64,000 bases of DNA from Nitrosopumilus sp. (GTDB lineage Archaea; Thermoproteota; Nitrososphaeria; Nitrososphaerales; Nitrosopumilaceae): the NCBI GenBank assembly GCA_965224195.1, contig OZ245040.1, positions 288,001 to 352,000 on the forward strand. The letters are read 5' to 3'. Positions 61,148 to 64,000 of this stretch are shown piece after piece (positions within the stretch are counted from its first letter, which is position 1; every line of letters begins with the position of its first letter). A program made the position numbers and the translations under genes. A model generated the notes under the pieces. It did no database searches. It was not told the DNA's origin and saw only the letters and a program-made list of their open reading frames with translations.

Positions 61148-61270
61148 TTACCAATAATTTCCTTTGTCAGAACAATCTAAGTGAGCTCCACAATTTGGGC
61201 AAAACATATGACATGCTTGCATATCTACCATTTTATTATCACATCTAGGACATTTGATCTCTTCTGCCAT
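61148..61270 (-). CDS. Zn-finger microprotein (40 aa, not in ORF track)
   Basis: MAEEIKCPRCDNKMVDMQACHMFCPNCGAHLDCSDKGNYW*. Confidence 0.75.
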   Translation of the reverse strand: MAEEIKCPRCDNKMVDMQACHMFCPNCGAHLDCSDKGNYW

Positions 61271-61344
61271 GCCTATCATTGTAAATCTTGATTTAAAAAT
61301 AATGTCCAAAGGTTAATTAGTCGTTCAACTTTTTTTTGAAATAA

Positions 61345-61746
61345 TTGGCAAACTTCAAACTTACAATCTCAGATATTAAAGGAAAATCAATTTCAAAAGA
61401 ACTCAAAGACAGTGATGCTAATCCTTTGTTAGGATTAGAGTTAGGAACTGAAACTGATGCTTCTATTATAGGGTTAACTGGAAAATTAAAACTCACTGGA
61501 GGTAGTGACAAATCTGGAGTCCCAATGAGAAATGATGTTCATGGTGCAGCAAGAAAAAGAGTTTTACTTTCTAGAGGTGTTGGTTTACAAGATGCAGAAT
61601 ATGGTCAACGAAAAAGAAAACTAATGAGAGGAAATTCCGTATCTGAAGAAATCTATCAAGTAAATTGTAAGTTTAATGGAGAATTACCTGTTGAAGCTCC
61701 TGTTGAAGAAGCAACAGAAGAAAAAGCTAAAGATAAAAAAGAATAA
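61345..61746 (+). CDS. rps6e: 30S ribosomal protein S6e
   Basis: LTGGSDKSG.PM and G.RKRK..RG motifs. Confidence 0.96.
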   Translation: MANFKLTISDIKGKSISKELKDSDANPLLGLELGTETDASIIGLTGKLKLTGGSDKSGVPMRNDVHGAARKRVLLSRGVGLQDAEYGQRKRKLMRGNSVSEEIYQVNCKFNGELPVEAPVEEATEEKAKDKKE

Positions 61747-61777
61747 CTTAACATATACCGCTACTACTTTTTGACTC

Positions 61778-63040
61778 ATGCATTGGAGAGAAACTCTTCC
61801 TGATTGGTACATTAAAAAATATGGTTATCAGCCTTGTGTTAACATTGGTACTGCAGGTCATGTAGATCATGGAAAAACTACTCTAATTCAAGCTTTAACT
61901 GGTTCATGGACAAGTGTTCATAGTCAAGAACTTAAACGTGGGATTACAATTCGTGTTGGTTATTCTGATGCTGCATTTTACAAATGTAAAAAATGTGAAG
62001 AGCCTTTAGGATATTCTACAACTCCAAAATGTAACAATTGTGGAAAGGAAAGTGGACTATCTAGAGTTGTAAGTTTTGTAGATAGTCCTGGACACGAAAG
62101 TTTGATGGCAAATATGCTTTCAGGTTCTGCATTAATGGATGGTGCATTACTTTTGGCTGCAGCAAATGAAAAAGTCCCTAAACCCCAAACAAAAGAGCAT
62201 CTTTTAGCACTACAAACTCTTGGAATTCAACAAATAGTTGTAGTCCAAAATAAAGTTGATTTACTTTCTTATCAAGAAGCTCTTGATAGTTATAAAGAAA
62301 TTACAAATTTTGTTAAAGGAAGCCATGCTGCAAAAGCTCCAGTAATTCCAATTTCTGCACAATCTGGATTAAACATTGATGCATTAATTGGTGCTATTGA
62401 ATCAACAATCAAAACTCCTGAGAGAGACGAAAAAGCAGATACTGTAATGCATGTTTTACGTTCTTTTGATGTAAACAAACCTGGAATAAAATTAAAAGAT
62501 ATCAAAGGTGGTGTTATTGGTGGAAGTTTGACTCAGGGAGTTTTCAATATTGGTGATGAAATTGAAATTAAACCAGGAATTATGAATGAAAAGAAAAAGA
62601 CATACGAACCATTACTTACTGAAATTACTTCATTAGGAACTGCAGCAGGAATTGTTGAATCAGTAAAACCAGGTGGGTTGGTAGCTATTGGAACAAAATT
62701 AGATCCTTCTATGACCAGAAGTGATTCATTTATTGGATCAGTTATTGGTAAACCTGGTACTCTTCCTGATAATTCAACTTTGTTAAAATTAGATGTTAAC
62801 TTGTTTGATTCTGCAGTTGGTGCAACTGAAGACATTAAGGTACAACCAATTTCATCCGGAGAACTACTTCGATTAAACATTGGTACTGCTCCAGTTTTAG
62901 GTACAGTTAAAAAAATAAAATCAAAGAATGTTGAGATTGAACTTAGAAGACCTGCTTGTATATTTGAAGGTGGTAATGTAGCTATTAGTGGAAGAATTGC
63001 TGAAAGATGGCGACTTATTGGTGCAGGAATAGTTGGTTGA
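61778..63040 (+). CDS. eif2g: Translation initiation factor 2 gamma subunit
   Basis: GHVDHGKTT, RGITIR.GY, DSPGHE, NKVD, RSFDVNKPG and WRLIG motifs. Confidence 0.97.
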   Translation: MHWRETLPDWYIKKYGYQPCVNIGTAGHVDHGKTTLIQALTGSWTSVHSQELKRGITIRVGYSDAAFYKCKKCEEPLGYSTTPKCNNCGKESGLSRVVSFVDSPGHESLMANMLSGSALMDGALLLAAANEKVPKPQTKEHLLALQTLGIQQIVVVQNKVDLLSYQEALDSYKEITNFVKGSHAAKAPVIPISAQSGLNIDALIGAIESTIKTPERDEKADTVMHVLRSFDVNKPGIKLKDIKGGVIGGSLTQGVFNIGDEIEIKPGIMNEKKKTYEPLLTEITSLGTAAGIVESVKPGGLVAIGTKLDPSMTRSDSFIGSVIGKPGTLPDNSTLLKLDVNLFDSAVGATEDIKVQPISSGELLRLNIGTAPVLGTVKKIKSKNVEIELRRPACIFEGGNVAISGRIAERWRLIGAGIVG

Positions 63041-63401
63041 AGTAATCTGTGACACAAGTTTTTTAATTCATCTAGCTACAAATAGAATTAAAAATTTAGA
63101 TAATCTTGATGTTGAAATTGGTCAAATTAGTTTTGTTGTACCACAAGTAGTAAAAAATGAGTTATTTGAATTAGAAAAAAATCCTGAAAAAAAACAAGTG
63201 GTACAATCAACTCTGAATTATATCAAAAATTTAAAAATAATTCCAATACTTGGTTCATTTGCAGACAAGGAATTACTTGATTATGTTTTAAAAAATAGAG
63301 TGATTGTAGCTACAATGGATAAAGAACTAAAAAAACAGATTAAAAATAATGGAAGTTCAATCATGTCTTTTTCAAATGACAAAATTATTTTGGAGTCTTA
63401 G
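63033..63401 (+). CDS. PIN-domain protein (Utp24/Fcf1-like)
   Basis: CDTSFL, V..EL, AD and ATMD motifs, downstream of eif2g. Confidence 0.88.
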   Translation: MVEVICDTSFLIHLATNRIKNLDNLDVEIGQISFVVPQVVKNELFELEKNPEKKQVVQSTLNYIKNLKIIPILGSFADKELLDYVLKNRVIVATMDKELKKQIKNNGSSIMSFSNDKIILES

Positions 63402-63436
63402 AAATATTTAAGATTGAGTAATTATCAACAATTTCA

Positions 63437-63889
63437 ATGACTTTGAGTTTTAAGAGTGAAGCGTTTGAAAATGGTGGAGTTATCCCAAAAAAATATGGCT
63501 ATAAACATGGAAACATCAGTCCTCCTCTAAAAATTAATGAAATTCCTGAAAATACAATATCACTTGTTTTGATAATGGATGATCCTGATGCAATGGGAGC
63601 TGTTGGTAAAGTTTGGGTGCATTGGGTTGTATGGAATATAGATCCTAAAAATTGTGAGTTTAAAGAAAATTCTGTCCCTGAATATTGTAATGAAGGGGAA
63701 ACTGATTTTGGTGAAATTGGTTATGGTGGCCCTGCCCCTCCAGATAAAGAACATACGTATATTTTCAAACTATATGCTTTAGATCAAAAATTGAATGTCA
63801 TCAAAGGTTCAACTAAACAAGAAATTGAATCATCTATGAAAAATCATATCATTGAAGAAACTATACTTCAGGGAAGATTTGCTCCTTAA
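63437..63889 (+). CDS. YbhB/YbcL (PEBP) family protein
   Basis: SPPL, DDPDA, WVHW, YGGP.PP and H.Y.F.LYALD motifs. Confidence 0.93.
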   Translation: MTLSFKSEAFENGGVIPKKYGYKHGNISPPLKINEIPENTISLVLIMDDPDAMGAVGKVWVHWVVWNIDPKNCEFKENSVPEYCNEGETDFGEIGYGGPAPPDKEHTYIFKLYALDQKLNVIKGSTKQEIESSMKNHIIEETILQGRFAP

Positions 63890-64000
63890 TTCAAAACAGC
63901 TTCAGGATTTTTTATACAAAGAGTAATAAACAAAGTTTTTTCAAAAGTATTGCTTGATAGTAAATACAAAACTTGTTTCTATAGGTAATTTTGATTTAAA

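Noticed and set aside
4744-63754. Many antisense or nested ORFs in the track (for example 7167-7733, 28706-29164, 36036-36491, 50645-51226, 62533-63057)
   Set aside because: They lie within well-supported genes on the other strand or frame and have no motifs.
1-64000. CRISPR array, rRNA, riboswitch or reverse-transcriptase system
   Set aside because: No regularly spaced repeats, long GC-rich RNA genes or RT motifs were found by eye.

Overview
AT-rich archaeal chromosome segment from a Nitrosopumilus-like ammonia-oxidising thaumarchaeote, judged from archaeal markers (TiaS, Dph2, Csl4, PriS/PriL, thermosome, eIF2-gamma, L44e/S27e/S6e) and a Nitrosopumilus-type S-layer N-terminus. Most of the window is core genes: a his operon, late cobalamin genes, guaA/guaB, folP/mptE, asd, ctaB, glyS, nfo, tRNA-iMet and tRNA-Gly(CCC). 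Two loci are disturbed. (1) At 1-2953, two identical, inverted, 5'-truncated IS5/ISL2-like right halves enclose about 780 bp of small-gene cargo (an RHH protein, a hairpin, a Zn-finger ORF). The element's terminus cuts a frameshifted S-layer gene. (2) At 49381-51822, a third, diverged 5'-truncated IS abuts remnants of probable secreted or surface-protein genes. Nonsense, frameshift and start-codon lesions are scattered across accessory genes, and several core-gene motifs carry odd substitutions. This suggests genome erosion, though sequence error cannot be excluded. Other leads are a Ubl-E1 fusion coupled to a ThrC-like gene, a pair of Trp-periodic amphipathic paralogues, a CobQ without a glutaminase domain, a CMAH-like MBL gene and a C39-TPR protease. 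No CRISPR array or rRNA gene was seen. Family names come from recognising motifs, not from database searches.
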